Shown: positions 1 through 9,945, counted from the stretch's first letter. The stretch: DNA of 64,000 nucleotides from an uncultured Chloroflexia bacterium (GCA_963841825.1 CAWJEL010000010.1:134903-198902), one strand, 5' to 3'. Numbers and translations are program-made. Notes: generated by a model not told the origin, from the letters alone.

Positions 1-149
1 CATCGATCTGATCCTCTACACTTATAACTTCTTCAACGCACTCATCGCCCTGCCGCTGCAACTAGCGTTCAACCTGCCCACGGCCAGCAACCTCAGCCTG
101 CTCTTCGCCACGACGCTGAGCGGGTTCGGCACGTACTTGCTCCGTTTAG

Positions 150-237
150 ATTGCGTGCTGCGTATTGCGTGCGGCGGGGTCAGTGGTAGGTGAATCGGAT
201 AGACGACGCTTCACGCTTCACGCATCACGTATCCACG
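150..237. repeat. Heptamer-repeat imperfect hairpin element inside the membrane-protein ORF
   Basis: Left arm is attgcgtgctgcgtattgcgtg. Right arm is cgcttca cgcttca cgcatca cgtatcc (period 7). Stops in frames 2 and 3 fall here, and the gene changes frame inside this element. Confidence 0.6.
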
Positions 238-1131
238 TTATTCACCTCGCCGCCTTCCTCGCCGGCCTCATCTACGCCTTCGCGTCGAACCGGGCCATCT
301 ACGCCGCGTTGGGCCACTACGACATGGTGACCACGCAGTGGCTGCCGTTTTACGCGCTCTACCTGCTGAAAACACTGCGCGAGCCGAAGCTGAAAAACGC
401 AGTGCTGGCGGGCTTATTCTTCGCGCTGGCCGCGCTGGCGGAGATGATCTTCGCGTCGTTCCTGGCGCTTTTCACCGCGATCGTCGTGCTGGCGGTTTGG
501 CGGCCGTGGCGGCTGCGCTGGCGCGCGTTGGGCCGGCTGGCGCTGATCATGGTGGTCGCCGCGCTGATCTGGGCGCCGGTGCTCGTGCCCATCGCGCGCG
601 AGTTTTCGACCGGCGACTACGCGCTGACTGGGTGGGGCGAGAGCGTCAAGCTCAGCGCCGACCTGGCCGGGCTGGTCACGCCGACCGAGCTTAACCCCAT
701 CGCCAGGCCGGCCCGCCTGTTCCGGGACGCTGGGGCCGCGCAAGCGGATAGCTGGGCTGCTGCGCTGCGAGCCGTGGAAGAAGGTAAGGGGCGTTTCGGC
801 GACATCAACACGGTCTTTCTTGGCTACGCCACGCTGGCGCTGGCGAGTTTTGGGCGCGTGGACCGGTCGGAAGCGTCTGCGACCGTGGATCTGGAGCGCA
901 CTGGTGTTCGGTGTGTTGGCGCTGGGGCCACTCCTGCAGATCAGTGGGCGCTACCGGTTCAGCCTGGACAACATGCTGCCCGAGGGCGTTACGTTCCCGC
1001 TGCCGTTCACCCTGCTGCATTTCATTCCGTTCATCAACGCCAACCGCGCGCCGAACCGCAACTCCGCGGTCCTGATCCTGACGCTGGCGGTTCTGGCGGG
1101 CTACGGCGCGGCGTGGTTGTTGGGGCGAGTC

Positions 1132-1291
1132 GCAAATGGCAAATGGCAAATGGCAAATAGCGAACGCCTGCACTCACCGGCAGGTGCGGCGTCAGCGAGC
1201 GATGCAACACGCAATACGGAATACGCAATACATAATACGCATCACGCATCACGCATCACGTCTTCCCTTGTCTACTTGTCTACCTGTCTCC
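1132..1291. repeat. Composite heptamer/octamer simple-repeat element inserted in frame in the membrane-protein ORF
   Basis: Contains gcaaatg x3-4, cgcaatac-type units, cgcatca x3 and ttgtctac x2. It translates as the low-complexity stretch ANGKWQMANSERLH..NTEYAIHNTHHASRITSSLVYLST between hydrophobic segments. Confidence 0.65.
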
Positions 1292-2718
1292 TCGCCATCT
1301 TCATCTTGGCGGAACACCTCGCCGTCCCGCTGCCGACGACCGACGCCACGATCCCCGCGGTTTATCAGCAGATCGCGGCCGAGCCAGGCGACTTTGCGAT
1401 CATGCAGTTGCCGCTGGGCTGGCGCAACAGCTTCGGCGTGCTGGGGAGCGAGCAGACCAACCTGCAATACTTCCAAACGGCGCACGGTAAGCCGATCATC
1501 GGCGGCAACATCAGCCGCGCGCCGGCCTATAAGATGGATTACTTTGCCCGCATCCCGTTGTTCAAGGCCTTGACCGACCTGGAGATGTACCGCGACGTGT
1601 CGCCCGAAACCGACGCTGCCGCGCGCAAGCAAGCCGGCGACTTGATGGCGCTTTACGATGTGCGCTACTTCGTCACCACGCCGCCCATCCCCGGCCGCTA
1701 TCCCTACCAGGACACCTGGCAGCGCACGGAAACCTACGCCCTGGACGTGTTGCCGCTGGAAAAGTCGCCGGTCTGGGAACAAGATGGCTACCGGGTCTAC
1801 CGGGTGATCCAGCCGGCCGTGCCCCTCCCCTTCCGCCTCGATTTGGGTGTGAGCGGCGCAGAGCCGTATGTCGGCGGCGGTTGGGACTACGGCACCACCG
1901 AGCAGCCTTACGACGCCACCGGCATCTGGGCGACCGACAAGGCGGCCGATTTGTATCTGCCGCTGGACGGGCCGCAGGATGTGACCCTGCGCCTCGCGTT
2001 GGCGCCGCTCACCTACGACGGGGCGCCGCCACAGAAGGTTTCAATCAGCGTCAACGGCGCGCCGGTGCTGAAGGATCAGGCTTTGGCTCCCGGCTGGCAG
2101 GTCGTGGAGGGACGCGTCCCGGCCTCCGCCACGCGCCGCGGTCCCAACCGCGTCACGCTGGACTTCGCCTGGGCCGAGAGTCCCCGCCAGGTCTTCCCTG
2201 ATCCGGCCAGCCGCGCCGTGATCGGCGGCACGGGCGTCGTCAGCCCGGTCAACATCGACGTCCATAGTTTCGATGAGGCGTTTATCAGCCTCTTCGGGGC
2301 CGACGGAGCCGAGGTGAAGGCCTCCAGCGGCCGCCGCGGCTACAACGTGACCGTGATCGACCCGCACACGGGCAAGGTTCTCGACGCGGTCGGCTTCGAC
2401 ACCGCGGCCAACCCCTACGAGGCGGATGCCCTGGCCGCTTACCTGATCGGGATCCCGAAGGGTCGCATCGTCGCGGTCGCGACCAAGGGGGACGCGGGCG
2501 CCAATCTGACACCGGCCGCCGTCGAGGCGTTACGGAACCTCGGCTCCCGCGTGCAGACCCCCGCGGACCTGCAAGGCATGGCCCATGCGCTCGATCGGCG
2601 TGCAGGGCGCCGCGCCGGGCACCGCCGCCGAGGAGATCCAGCCCGATGATGCGTTCGTGCGCGTGGCCGGCGATTTCCGCACCCTGGCCGCCGCGTTGGA
2701 TTGGGCGGAGATCGGACC

Positions 2719-2793
2719 GTGAAGCGTGGAGCGTGAAGCGTGAAGCGGCAAGCGGCAAATGAGAAGATCACGGATCACGTAGCACGCATCACG
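2719..2793. repeat. Heptamer-repeat imperfect hairpin element at the junction of the two membrane-protein genes
   Basis: Left arm gtgaagc gtggagc gtgaagc gtgaagc is about 70% complementary to the right arm atcacgg atcacgt agcacgc atcacg. The units are the same family as at 150-237 and 1132-1291. Confidence 0.6.
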
Positions 2794-4742
2794 TTTGTTG
2801 ACGCGCTCATCGCTCTGATCGTCGCGGCATTTGCCCTGGTTCTCTACCTCCGCACCCTCGCGCCTGGCGTGTTGGGGGGCGACAGCGGCGAGTTCCAGTT
2901 CGCGGCCTGGCTCGGCGGCTTTGCCCATCCGACCGGCTATCCGCTTTACCTGCTGCTGGGGTGGCTGTGGACGCACTTGTTGCCGTTGCACGATCCCGCC
3001 TGGCGGATGAACGCATTCTCGGCGCTGTGCGGAGGCGTCGCGACGGGGCTGGTCTATCTGCTCGCTTTGCGGATGCTGCGGCAGGTGACGGCGAACCCCT
3101 GGCCGCGGCTGCTGGCCCTCTTCGCCGCCTTGACCTTCGCCGTGACCCCCACGTTCTGGTCGCAGGCCACGCTCGCCGAGGTCTATACCCTCAACGCGGC
3201 GCTCATCGCGGCGATCTTGCTGGGGCTGGTCACCTGGGGGCAGACGGGCAGCCGCCGGGCGCTGTATGGGACGGCGTTGCTCTACGGCCTGAGCCTGGCG
3301 CATCACCGTACCACGCTCCTGTACCTGCCGGCGATCGTCCTCTTTGTGTGGTTAGTCAACCGGCAGCAAGCAGGAGCGCACCGTGACACCTTTTCACCCC
3401 GTCACCTTGTTACCCTCGCGCTCCTCGTCCTCGCGCCGTTGCTCCTCTATCTGATCATCCCACTGGCCGCGCCGCACGCGCCCTACTTCGAGATTCGTGT
3501 CGGCCCCGACCAGGTGCTCCAGCTCTACAATCCGACCCTGGCCGGGTTCATCGAACATATCAGCGGCCAGGGTTTCGGATCGGCGCTTGGCGCGGGCGGA
3601 GCGCGGCGGCGCGGCTGAAGGGGCTGCCGGCGCTGTTCGCCCACGAGCTGACCGTCGTCGGCCTGGCGTTGGGGCTGTTGGGGCTGATCGGTCTGGCGCT
3701 GCGTGCGCGGCCGCTGCTGGCCCTCACCGGTCTGAGCTTCCTGGCGATCGTCGGTTTCAACCTGGTCTATGGGATCGGTGACATCTACGGTTACTACATC
3801 CCGGCGTACCTGATCTGGGTGCTGTGGATTGCGTTGGGCCTGGGTGTGGTTTGCGACGCGGTGATGGGACGACATAACGACACGGAGACACGGCGACATG
3901 GAGAAGCGGCGACATCCCCGACGCTCCCCGCGTCCCCGCGTCCCCGCGTCGCCTGCTTGCGCTGGCTCTCTGCGTCATCTCGCTCGCCTTGCCGGTCTAC
4001 CTGTTGATTACCAACTTCGCCCCGCACGACCGCAGCCGGGATGTCACGGCCCAGGCGTGGGACGCGCTCCTCGCTCAGCCCATCCCGCAGGACGCCATCC
4101 TGATCACCAACGACCGCGATGAGATGATGCCGCAGTGGTATCTCAAATACGTCGAGGGCCGCCGGCCTGACCTGACAGGTCTCTTCCCGTTGATCCAGCC
4201 CGGCCCGGAGTGGGCTGACGTGGGCGCGGTGACGGATCAGGCGCTGCGCTAGCGGCCGGCCGGTGTATTTGATCAAGCCGATGGCCGGGTTGGAGGTCAA
4301 GTTCGATCTCACGCCGGAGGGCGCGCTGGTGCGCGTGGATGGCCCGGCTGCGGCTGATCTGCCCACCCAGCCGGCCGGTCAAACGTTCGGCGACGCGATC
4401 CGGCTGGCGGGCTACGCTGTGGCGCCGGATACGCTTCAACCGGGCGGCGCCGCGGAGATCACGCTGCACTGGCAGCCCATCACGCGCCTCGACGCGGATT
4501 ACACGACCTTCGTCCACCTGATCAACGCCAACGGGGACAAGATCGCGCAAAGCGACCACCGGCCGGGCGGCGTTTATTACCCCACATCCCTGTGGAAGCC
4601 AGGCGAGACGGTGTTCGATAACCACGTGCTGACGCTGCCGGCAGACCTCGGGCCGGGGCCGTATGCGCTTGTCGTTGGCCTGTACGACGCTGCAACGCAG
4701 CTCCTGGGTGAGCCTCAGCAGGTCGGGGTGGTGGGCAGGTAA
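2740..4742 (+). pseudogene. DUF2723 / TMEM260-like polytopic glycosyltransferase family protein; at least 3 frame disruptions as sequenced
   Basis: The N-terminus LIVAAFALVLYLRTLAPGVLGGDSGEFQFAAWLGGFAHPTGYPLYLLLGW is typical of DUF2723. Fragments 2740..3618, 3669..~3950, 3989..4252 and 4263..4742 are collinear after frame switches at ~3610, within 3878-3950 and at ~4255. GTG 2740 is the first possible start after an in-frame TGA. Confidence 0.6.
3869..3952. repeat. Simple-repeat element (gacacgg-type and cgtccccg x3) inside the DUF2723 ORF
   Basis: Sequence is gacgacataacgacacggagacacggcgacatgg...ctccccgcgtccccgcgtccccgcgtcgcc. The frame 3 to frame 2 switch of the gene lies within it. Confidence 0.55.
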
Positions 4743-4799
4743 GTCCCCGTTACTTTGTATGTGTCGTTTGTCTTGTGCTATACTCATGACGCTACGCGT

Positions 4800-5045
4800 C
4801 AAAGCTTCACCCTGGCAGGAGACGTCGTGAGGCTTTCTGCAAATGAGTTTACGCAATACTGCAAAACTCGCGATTGTCACCCTGAGCGGGTCAACCCCGT
4901 GAGGTTCGTCATGGTGAGATTCTAGCGAAGGGTCTCGTTGCGGCATGAGATTCTTCGCTGAATTTTCGCCATTACGGGAGTTCAGGGGCGGACTCGCTCA
5001 GAATGACAGGCGTTGGGTAGTGACTTTTGCGGTATTGCGAGTTTA
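4800..5045. repeat. Nested palindromic intergenic element (family R2), copy 1
   Basis: Arms acgcaatactgcaaaactcgcgattgtcaccctgagcgg (4851-) and ctcgctcagaatgacagg..tgacttttgcggtattgcga (-5040) are inverted repeats. An inner palindrome is tagcgaag...cttcgctgaattttcgcc. Related copy at 54524-54774. Confidence 0.6.
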
Positions 5046-5075
5046 CACCTTCATCATTGTACGAGGAGGTCGCGC

Positions 5076-5873
5076 ATGAAGTTCATCATCTGCGTCAAGT
5101 TGTCACCCGATACCGAGCAACTGGTCGATGTGCAGCCCCAGGACGTCAGCGCCGCCGATTTGGGCGTCACCATGGTGCTGAATCCCTGGGATGAATTCGC
5201 GGTGGAAGAGGCGCTGCAACTGGTCGAGCGCTTCGACGGCGAGGCGGTCGCGATGACCCTGGGCGGCGAGGACGCGGCCGAGGCGCTCAAGCGGGCCGTC
5301 GCGATGGGCGTTGAAGAAGCCGTGCTCCTCTCCGATCCCGCCTTCGAGGGCAGCGACGCCTGGGGGACGGCGCATATCCTCGCCCAGGCGATCCGCAAGA
5401 TCGGCGACTACGGGCTGGTGCTCACCGGCAAGCAGTCAGTGGATGGCAACAGCGGCCTGGTCGGGCCGGGCGTGGCCGCCAAGCTCGGCGTGCCGTTCGT
5501 CGCCGGTGTCGCGAAGGTCGTGGATGTGACCGACGATAGCGCGACCTTGCTGCGCGCGCTGGACGAGGGGATGCAGACGGTGAAGGTCAAGCTGCCGGCC
5601 GTCATTTCGGTCAGCAAGGAGATCAACGAGCCGCGCTACCCCAACTTCATGGGGATCCGCAAGGCGTCGCGCATGCAGTATCCCGCCACCGGCGCAGATG
5701 AAATTCCAGGGCTGGATGCCAGCCAGTTTGGGGAGGACGCCGCACTGCTCAATTGGACCAACCTCCGCAAGCCACCGGCGCGGACAGGCAAGTGTGAATT
5801 CATCACGGGCGCGTCCGTCGCCGAGCAGGCCGCCGTTCTGGCCGATAAACTAATCGCCGAGAAGGTGATTTGA
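5076..5873 (+). CDS. etfB: Electron transfer flavoprotein beta subunit
   Basis: MKFIICVKLSPDTEQL..NPWDEFAVEEALQL..LTGKQSVDGNSGLVGPGVAAKLGVPFV is a typical EtfB sequence. GAGGAGG lies 7 nt upstream of ATG 5076. The gene is followed by etfA. Confidence 0.9.
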   Translation: MKFIICVKLSPDTEQLVDVQPQDVSAADLGVTMVLNPWDEFAVEEALQLVERFDGEAVAMTLGGEDAAEALKRAVAMGVEEAVLLSDPAFEGSDAWGTAHILAQAIRKIGDYGLVLTGKQSVDGNSGLVGPGVAAKLGVPFVAGVAKVVDVTDDSATLLRALDEGMQTVKVKLPAVISVSKEINEPRYPNFMGIRKASRMQYPATGADEIPGLDASQFGEDAALLNWTNLRKPPARTGKCEFITGASVAEQAAVLADKLIAEKVI

Positions 5874-5877
5874 CAGG

Positions 5878-5920
5878 CGATTGACCATCGACCATTGACC
5901 ATTGTCTATCGTCCGTCCAT
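5878..5920. repeat. Tandem heptamers (T/C)GACCAT / CGTCCGT just upstream of etfA
   Basis: Units read tgaccat cgaccat tgaccat tgtctat cgtccgt and end 16 nt before ATG 5936. Confidence 0.7.
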
Positions 5921-5935
5921 GAAAGGAACCCCACC

Positions 5936-6918
5936 ATGAGCAGCATCCTGGTTTACGTAGATCACTTCGGCGGCAAGGCCAAGCCGGTTTCTTGGGAGAT
6001 CCTGGGCAAGGCGAGCGAACTGGCCGGCAGGTTGGGCGTGCCGGTGACGGCTTTCGTCGCGGGTCAGAATATAGGTGACCTGGCGTCTGAAGCCATCGCC
6101 TGCGGCGCCGACAAGGCGCTGATTGCCGACGGGCCAGCGTTCGCGCAGTTCAATACGCAGGCGTTGGTCGCGGCCTTCAAGGCGGCGATTGAGGTTGCGC
6201 AGCCGCACATCATCCTGACCCCCGCCACGGCCGGCGCGCGCGATGTGGCCGCGCTGGTTGCCTGTGAGCTGAACATTGGGTTGGCAGCCGATTGTCAGGG
6301 GCTCGACCTGGACGCCGCCGGCAACCTGTTGGCCGAACGCCCTGTCTTCTCGGGCAACATCATCGCCACCGTCGTCTTCAGCGGCCCGGTCCAAATGGCG
6401 ACCGTGCGCGGCCGCAGCTTCCCGCTGCCCGTGGCCGACGCCGGGCGCATCGGTGAGATCACTGCCCTTGGCGGTGAGTGTGCCGGTCGGCGCTGAAGAG
6501 GTGCTGAGCTTCGAGGTCACCGAGACCGGCGAAGTCGCGGTCGAGAACGCGGGGATCATCGTCGCCGGCGGCCGCGGGGTCAAGGGGCCGGAAGGCTTTG
6601 CGCCGACTCCGCGACCTGGCCAAGGTGCTGGGCGGCGCGGTAGGCGCCTCGCGCGCGGCGGTGGACGCCGGCTGGATCCCTTATCCGCACCAAGTGGGCC
6701 AGACAGGCAAATCGGTGCGGCCCGATCTCTACATCGCCTGCGGCATCTCGGGCGCGATCCAGCACCTGGCGGGCATGAGCAACGCCAAGGTGATCGTCGC
6801 CATCAACAAGGACAAGGACGCGCCGATCTTCACCGTGGCGCGGTACGGCATCGTAGGAGACCTGTTCGACGTGACGCCGGCGCTGACCGCAGCATTTAAA
6901 GCGAAGCTGGGACGTTAG
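5936..6918 (+). CDS. etfA: Electron transfer flavoprotein alpha subunit (two frameshifts as sequenced)
   Basis: [26 protein letters not shown].. continues as ..[42 protein letters not shown] (frame of ORF 6276) and then ..[54 protein letters not shown] (ORF 6598..6918). The FAD-binding C-terminal motif is present. Frame changes are at ~6470 (extra G) and ~6600. Confidence 0.85.
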
Positions 6919-6921
6919 GCC

Positions 6922-7066
6922 CTTACCAATCGGATTCCGGCATAAAAAACAAAAATCTTACCACCAAGACACCAAGACACCAGGATCACTAAGAATTCGG
7001 CCTTCGTGGCCTTCGTGCCTTTGAGCCTTTGTGGTGAAGGCTTGGTTCCGGCTCGTCCGGGTTAGG
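6922..7066. repeat. 146-bp MITE-like intergenic element (family R1), copy 1
   Basis: cttaccaatcggattccggcataaaaaac..caccaagacaccaagacacc..cttcgtgcctttgagcctttgtggtgaagg..ccggctcgtccgggttagg. It is nearly the same as the copies at 38479-38625 and 62409-62554. It has imperfect terminal inverted repeats and an internal imperfect hairpin. Confidence 0.75.
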
Positions 7067-7220
7067 TTGTAGGGACGCAGGTTTTTTCCGGGCTAACCCG
7101 GCTCTGCCTGGAATGACAAGCGTGCGGCAGCATAAATTCCCCCATTGGCACGAAGAAACCTGCCCTGCATCTCGGATGAATTTGGAATACAGGGGTTTCT
7201 TTTTTGCTAGGCGCGGCGCG

Positions 7221-7250
7221 TTGACAAGTGCCGTGCCTTTGGGTTATAAT
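7221..7250 (+). promoter_or_regulatory. Sigma-70-like promoter upstream of rpsA
   Basis: TTGACA (7221-7226), an 18-nt spacer, then TATAAT (7245-7250), in a locally AT-richer intergenic region about 300 nt upstream of the rpsA start. Confidence 0.55.
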
Positions 7251-7553
7251 ATTCCTGGCGTCAAAATGGCACAAGATATGGTACGGGTCTGGTACAAGAC
7301 CCGTCGCAGCAGCGCGAGATACAGAAAGCCGGTATAAGCCAGACAACCGACATGAGGTTGTTCCGGTTTGGTCAAGACTGTGTGTCCATCCCAGTTGTAG
7401 GTTGACGTGGGATCGGCGCATTGATGTCGTCGAATGCGGTCTGCGACCCGGTTGCCACGCCAGTAACAAAGTGTGAGCTAGCCGGGCTCTTTTTTCGCCT
7501 TGAGCTCTGTGCCCAAGGACGTACTCATCCCAACTGTCGGAGGTTCCTTTCTT

Positions 7554-9421
7554 ATGACTACCAGCTTACCGCCTACCAAGCCACCCGCCGAGGTGCACCC
7601 GATGCAAGCCCTGCTCGATCAGGGCGGGTACGATATGCCCCAACGCGGCGACATCCGCGAGGGCACCGTGATCTCCGTTAGCCCCCAGGAAGTGATCATC
7701 GACCTGGGCCTGAAACGAGAAGCGGTCGTACCAGCCAACGACCTGAGCCGGCTCGACAAGGAGATACTGGCGGAAATCCAGGAAGGCACAACCTGGCCGG
7801 TCTACATCCTGCAGCCTTCTGACCGGGAAGGGAACCTGTTGGTCTCGTTTTCGCGCGCGTTCCAGGAGAAGGATTGGCTGGTCGCCCAGCAGGCGATGGA
7901 TAACAACGAGATGATCGAGGCCGAGGTCAGCAGCTTCAACGCTGGTGGGCTCGAGGTCATCTTCGGCGATTTGCGCGGCTTTGTGCCGGCGTCCCATCTC
8001 TCCAGCCTTCCGCGTGATCTCTCACCCGACGAGCGCAAGGCGCGGCTGGCGGGCTACGTCGGCCAGACCATCCCGGTCAAGATCGTCGAGGTGGATCGCA
8101 AGCGCCGCCGGCTGATCATGTCCGAACGCGCCGCACGCCGCCGCTGGCAGCGCGAACATCGCAAGCAACTCCTGGACGACATCCAAATCGGCGAGGTGCG
8201 GTCGGGCATTGTGCGCAGCCTGGCCGATTTCGGCGCCTTCATCGACCTGGGCGGGGCTGATGGCCTGATCCACATCTCCGAGCTGGCCTGGTTCCCGGTG
8301 GGCCACCCGAGCGAAGTGCTGAAGGTCGGTCAGCAGGTTGACGTCAAAGTGCTGCGGATCGACAAGCCGCGGGAGCGCGTGGGTCTCAGCCTGAAGCGCG
8401 TCCAGCCCGATCCGTGGAGCAATATCGAGGAACTCTACAACGTTAATGACCTGATCGAGGCTGTCGTGACCCGCGTCACCGACTTCGGCGCGTTTGTGCG
8501 GCTGCGCAGCGGGGTCGAGGGGCTGCTTCACGTCTCCGAGATGGCCGACATCCGGCCCGATCATCCGCAAAGTCTGGTGAACCCGGGCGATCTGCTCCTG
8601 TTGCGCGTCTTGCGCATCGAGCCGGACCGCCGCCGTATCGGCCTGAGCCTGCGTGCTGTTTCCGAGACCGAGTGGGCCGATTGGGCGGCCTCCTACCGCG
8701 AGAAGCAGGCCGCTAAGGCTGCTGAAGAGGAAGCCCAGGTAGAGGCCGTGGTTACTGAAAGCGTCACCGTAACTGAGATCGTGACGGACGAGTCGGTCGA
8801 GATCATCGAGACCAAGGTGGACGAGATCGTGACGGACGACTCGGTCGAGGTTATCACCACTACGGTGGATGAGATCGTGACGGACGACTCGGTCGAGGTC
8901 GTCACGACCACGGTGGACGAGATCGTGACTGCTGATGCGGTTGAGGTCATCGAGACCAAGGTAGACGAAATCGTGACCGCTGATGCGGTTGAGATCATCG
9001 AGACCAAGGTGGACGAGGTCGTGACGCTGATGCGGTTGAGATCATCGAGACCAAGGTGGACGAGGTCGTGACTGCTGATGCGGTTGAGATCATCGAGACC
9101 AAGGTGGACGAGATCGTGACTGCTGATGCGGTTGAGATCATCGAGACCAAGGTGGACGAGATCGTGACTGCTGATGCGGTTGAGATCATCGAGACCAAGG
9201 TGGACGAGATCGTGACTGCTGATGCGGTTGAGATCATCGAGACCAAGGTGGACGAAATCGTGACGGACGACTCGGTCGAGGTTATCACCACTACGGTGGA
9301 TGAAACCGTGACGGATGAGCTGAACGAGGTTGTCACGACCACGGTGGACGAGATCGTGACACCTGAGGCGGTTGACGCCGTTGAGGCGGTCGAGACCAAG
9401 GTAGACGAGATCGCGCAGTAG
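7554..9421 (+). CDS. rpsA: 30S ribosomal protein S1 with acidic 16-aa tandem-repeat C-terminal extension (one frameshift inside the repeat array as sequenced)
   Basis: Multiple S1 domains are visible (GTVISVSPQEVIIDLG.., GFVPASHLS, GIVRSLADFGAFIDLGGADGLIHISEL, AVVTRVTDFGAFVRLRSGVEGLLHVSEM). GGAGG lies 9 nt upstream of ATG 7554. ORF 7500..9071 and ORF 9056..9421 join if one base is restored in the repeat unit at ~9026. Confidence 0.85.
8769..9421 (+). repeat. 48-bp tandem repeat array, ~13.5 units, coding (VDEIVT[AD]D[AS]VE[IV]IETK)n
   Basis: Units start at 8769, 8817, 8865, 8913, 8961, 9009 (47 bp, one T missing versus neighbours), 9056, 9104, 9152, 9200, 9248, 9296 and 9344. Units 9056-9247 are identical or nearly so. 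Confidence 0.9.
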
Positions 9422-9536
9422 GTCTCGGACGAGGTTGCAACGCAAGCTTTTCATCGGCATGGCCGGGGTCGAACCCTGGCCATGCCCGATCATCTCACTT
9501 CCGGACGATACGACAACACGGGATTCGTGAACGGCC

Positions 9537-9875
9537 ATGGCGACAAAAAAAGAGCAGATCACTGAAGCGCGAGATCATCTGCTGGCAGAGCGCGCTGAGG
9601 TGATGCAGGAGTTAGAAACGCTGTCTGGTCGCCTCGAAACGAAGGGCGACTATGCGCTGGGCGAGGGTGATCCCATGATCTATCAGTGGGAGCTTAACCT
9701 CGTCATGCGTGAGCGCGCCGAGCAACATTTGGCCGAAATTGATGAGGCTTTGCAGCAGCTTGAGATGGGTCTCTACGGACTGTGTGAGACGTGCGGTCAG
9801 CCCATCGAACCCGAACGGCTGGCTATCCTGGGCCATACCACCGTCTGCAGCCAGTGCGCCCAGCGCCGGCGGTGA
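9537..9875 (+). CDS. DksA/TraR-family C4 zinc-finger protein
   Basis: A coiled-coil N-terminus is followed by CETCGQPIEPERLAILGHTTVCSQC, matching CxxC-N17-CxxC. Confidence 0.8.
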   Translation: MATKKEQITEARDHLLAERAEVMQELETLSGRLETKGDYALGEGDPMIYQWELNLVMRERAEQHLAEIDEALQQLEMGLYGLCETCGQPIEPERLAILGHTTVCSQCAQRRR

Positions 9876-9902
9876 TCCGACCCTGACCCCATCTCCAGTT
9901 CG

Positions 9903-9931
9903 ACGCCCGGCGCGCAGCCGGGCGTTTGTGT
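9903..9931 (+). terminator. Rho-independent terminator
   Basis: Stem acgcccggc / gccgggcgt (9 bp), loop gcgca, followed by ttgtgt. Confidence 0.6.
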
Positions 9932-9945
9932 ATCAGGGGGATGAC

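Larger units (their letters stand above)
1..2722 (+). pseudogene. Polytopic membrane protein (glycosyltransferase-like; 5' end outside window) with C-terminal ILEI/FAM3-like domain; frame broken at least 3 times as sequenced
   Basis: Frame 2 from nt 2 reads ..[12 protein letters not shown] 165..1160 (HLAAFLAGLIYAF.., many hydrophobic helices), ORF 820..2649 and a last piece ending at TGA 2720-2722 join into one protein if the frame is switched at ~150-190, ~850 and ~2593 (extra G after CTC). The C-terminal part (VNIDVHSFDEAFISLFG..GYNVTVIDPHTGKVLDAVGFDT..IVAVATKGDAG) resembles the ILEI/FAM3 domain. Confidence 0.6.

Noticed and set aside
4143-4946. 267-aa minus-strand ORF spanning the end of the DUF2723 gene and the R2 element.
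   Set aside because: It is antisense to a well-supported coding region for most of its length. The remainder runs through a palindromic repeat, and there are no recognisable motifs.
7062-7500. Small ORFs (7062..7469 minus, 7113..7337, 7228..7476, 7421..7681), and a possible RNase P RNA because of ACAGAAAGCCGG at ~7320.
   Set aside because: The ORFs have no RBS, unremarkable composition and overlap each other. The RNase P hallmarks (GGAAAGUCCGGGC, proper P4 pairing) are absent on either strand. I kept this region only as a promoter plus structured leader or sRNA candidate.
8769-9421. Regular 48-bp repeats could be mistaken for a CRISPR array.
   Set aside because: The units are directly tandem with no spacers. 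They are in frame with rpsA and encode a coherent 16-aa peptide repeat, and there are no cas genes in the window.
9457-9487. ggcatggcc ggggtcgaaccct ggccatgcc contains a GGTCGAACC T-loop-like string, which suggested a tRNA.
   Set aside because: It is only a single 9-bp hairpin. No acceptor, D or anticodon arms can be drawn around it. It is more likely a transcript-end hairpin after rpsA, without a U-tract.
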